From IMG/VR virus record IMGVR_UViG_3300005577_000027, positions 67,452 to 131,451 of that record: a stretch of 64,000 bases of DNA; one strand, 5' to 3'. Made by a program: the position numbers and the translations under genes. Under the pieces are notes generated by a model, which saw nothing but the letters and a program-made list of their open reading frames with translations, was not told the origin of the DNA and did not search any database. Below are positions 62,885 through 64,000 of this stretch, piece by piece; position 1 is the first letter of the stretch; every line of letters starts with the position of its first letter. The DNA comes from a virus. Lineage: Duplodnaviria; Caudoviricetes.

Positions 62885-64000
62885 TTAATTTATAATTTGA
62901 AATATAATCCATTCTTCATCAGTTTTAATATTTGGGTATGGTTTATCATTTAACCAATATTCTTTATCACCATTAGGCCATATTACAGCAGGACCATCCG
63001 TTCTATGACATTTTTCACTCTGGTACCATTCTTTATGTCCAGAGTTATTTTCTATAGCTGGTCCATCAGCTCTATGCCACATATCATTTTGATACCAATG
63101 CTTAGTTCCATCAACAAATTCTATAGCTGGACCATCTTCTCTATGAAGAATATTTGTACCTTCTTTACACCAATAAATATTTCCATATTTATCTTTTTTT
63201 GAATATACTTTAGTCATTTTTAATTAATTATCTGAAATATAATCCACTCTTCATCAGTTTTAATATCTGGATAATATTTATTATTCAACCAATATTGTTT
63301 ATCTCCATTTATGTATTCTACAGCGGGACCATCTATTCTATGAATTTCTCCATTAATACACCAATGTTTATCACCATTAATCCATTCTATTGCTGGGCCA
63401 TTCTCTCTATGACATAATCCATTTTTGAACCATTGTTTTTCTCCATCATTCCACTCTAATGCTGGGCCATCTATTCTATGGTATAGATCATTTTGATACC
63501 AAAACTTACCTCCATTAGAACACTCTACAGCTGGTCCGTCTTCCCTATGAAGAATATTAGTACCTTCTTTATACCAATAAAGATTACTAAGTTCATTTGT
63601 TTTACAAACTACTTTAGTCATATTAATTTATAATTTGAAATATTAACCACTCTTCATCAGTGTTAATATCTATATACCATTTACCATTTAACCAATATTC
63701 TTTTCCTCCATTTTCATATTCTACAGCAGGGCCATCAATTCTATGACGCTTTCCATCATAGCACCACCACTTTTCTCCATCATAAAATTCTAATGCGGGC
63801 CCACTTTCTCTATGAAAGATACCATTTTGATACCAATATTTGGTTCCATTGGTACATTCTATAGCTGGACCGTCATCCCTATGACGAATATTTGTACCTT
63901 CTTTATACCAATGAATGTTATTATATTTATCTATACTAGAATAGACTTTAGTCATATTAATTTATAATTTGAAATATTAACCATTCTTCATCAGAATTAA
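62885..64000 (-). repeat. Cluster 6 of HREDGPA paralogs (62885..63217, 63220..63621, 63623..63955, partial 63957..64000)
   Basis: 3-4 repeats each plus the shared tail; runs off the window edge. Confidence 0.9.

Noticed and set aside
1-64000. Alternative genetic code (TAG/TGA recoding)
   Set aside because: Long conserved genes are intact in the standard code and end in TAG/TGA; only three paralogs have internal stops

Overview
Very AT-rich, gene-dense window with almost all genes on the minus strand. It reads as part of a jumbo/huge bacteriophage genome: rIIA/rIIB, DNA and RNA ligases, RNase HII, ClpP, DksA, HU, MoxR/VWA, FtsK, TilS, Thg1-like protein, three tRNAs and many sigma70-type promoters. 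The standout is a phage-borne minimal type V CRISPR locus. It has a 698-aa Cas12m (V-U1)-like effector whose RuvC-I and RuvC-III aspartates are replaced by Asn, a leader with a near-perfect promoter, and a 19-repeat array with structure-preserving degenerate repeats and many GC-rich spacers. No cas1/cas2 is present in the window, and an orphan repeat sits 5 nt upstream of the tilS start codon. This suggests an RNA-guided, non-cutting (CRISPRi-like) regulator. Also notable are about 23 HREDGPA-repeat paralogs and 7 CxxC paralogs sharing a C-terminal EE(W/F)IIxxII(N/E) tag, three paralogs each broken only by one stop at a Trp position, an unannotated ArfA-like small ORF, and a structured putative origin region. 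Family assignments come from motif recognition, not database searches.
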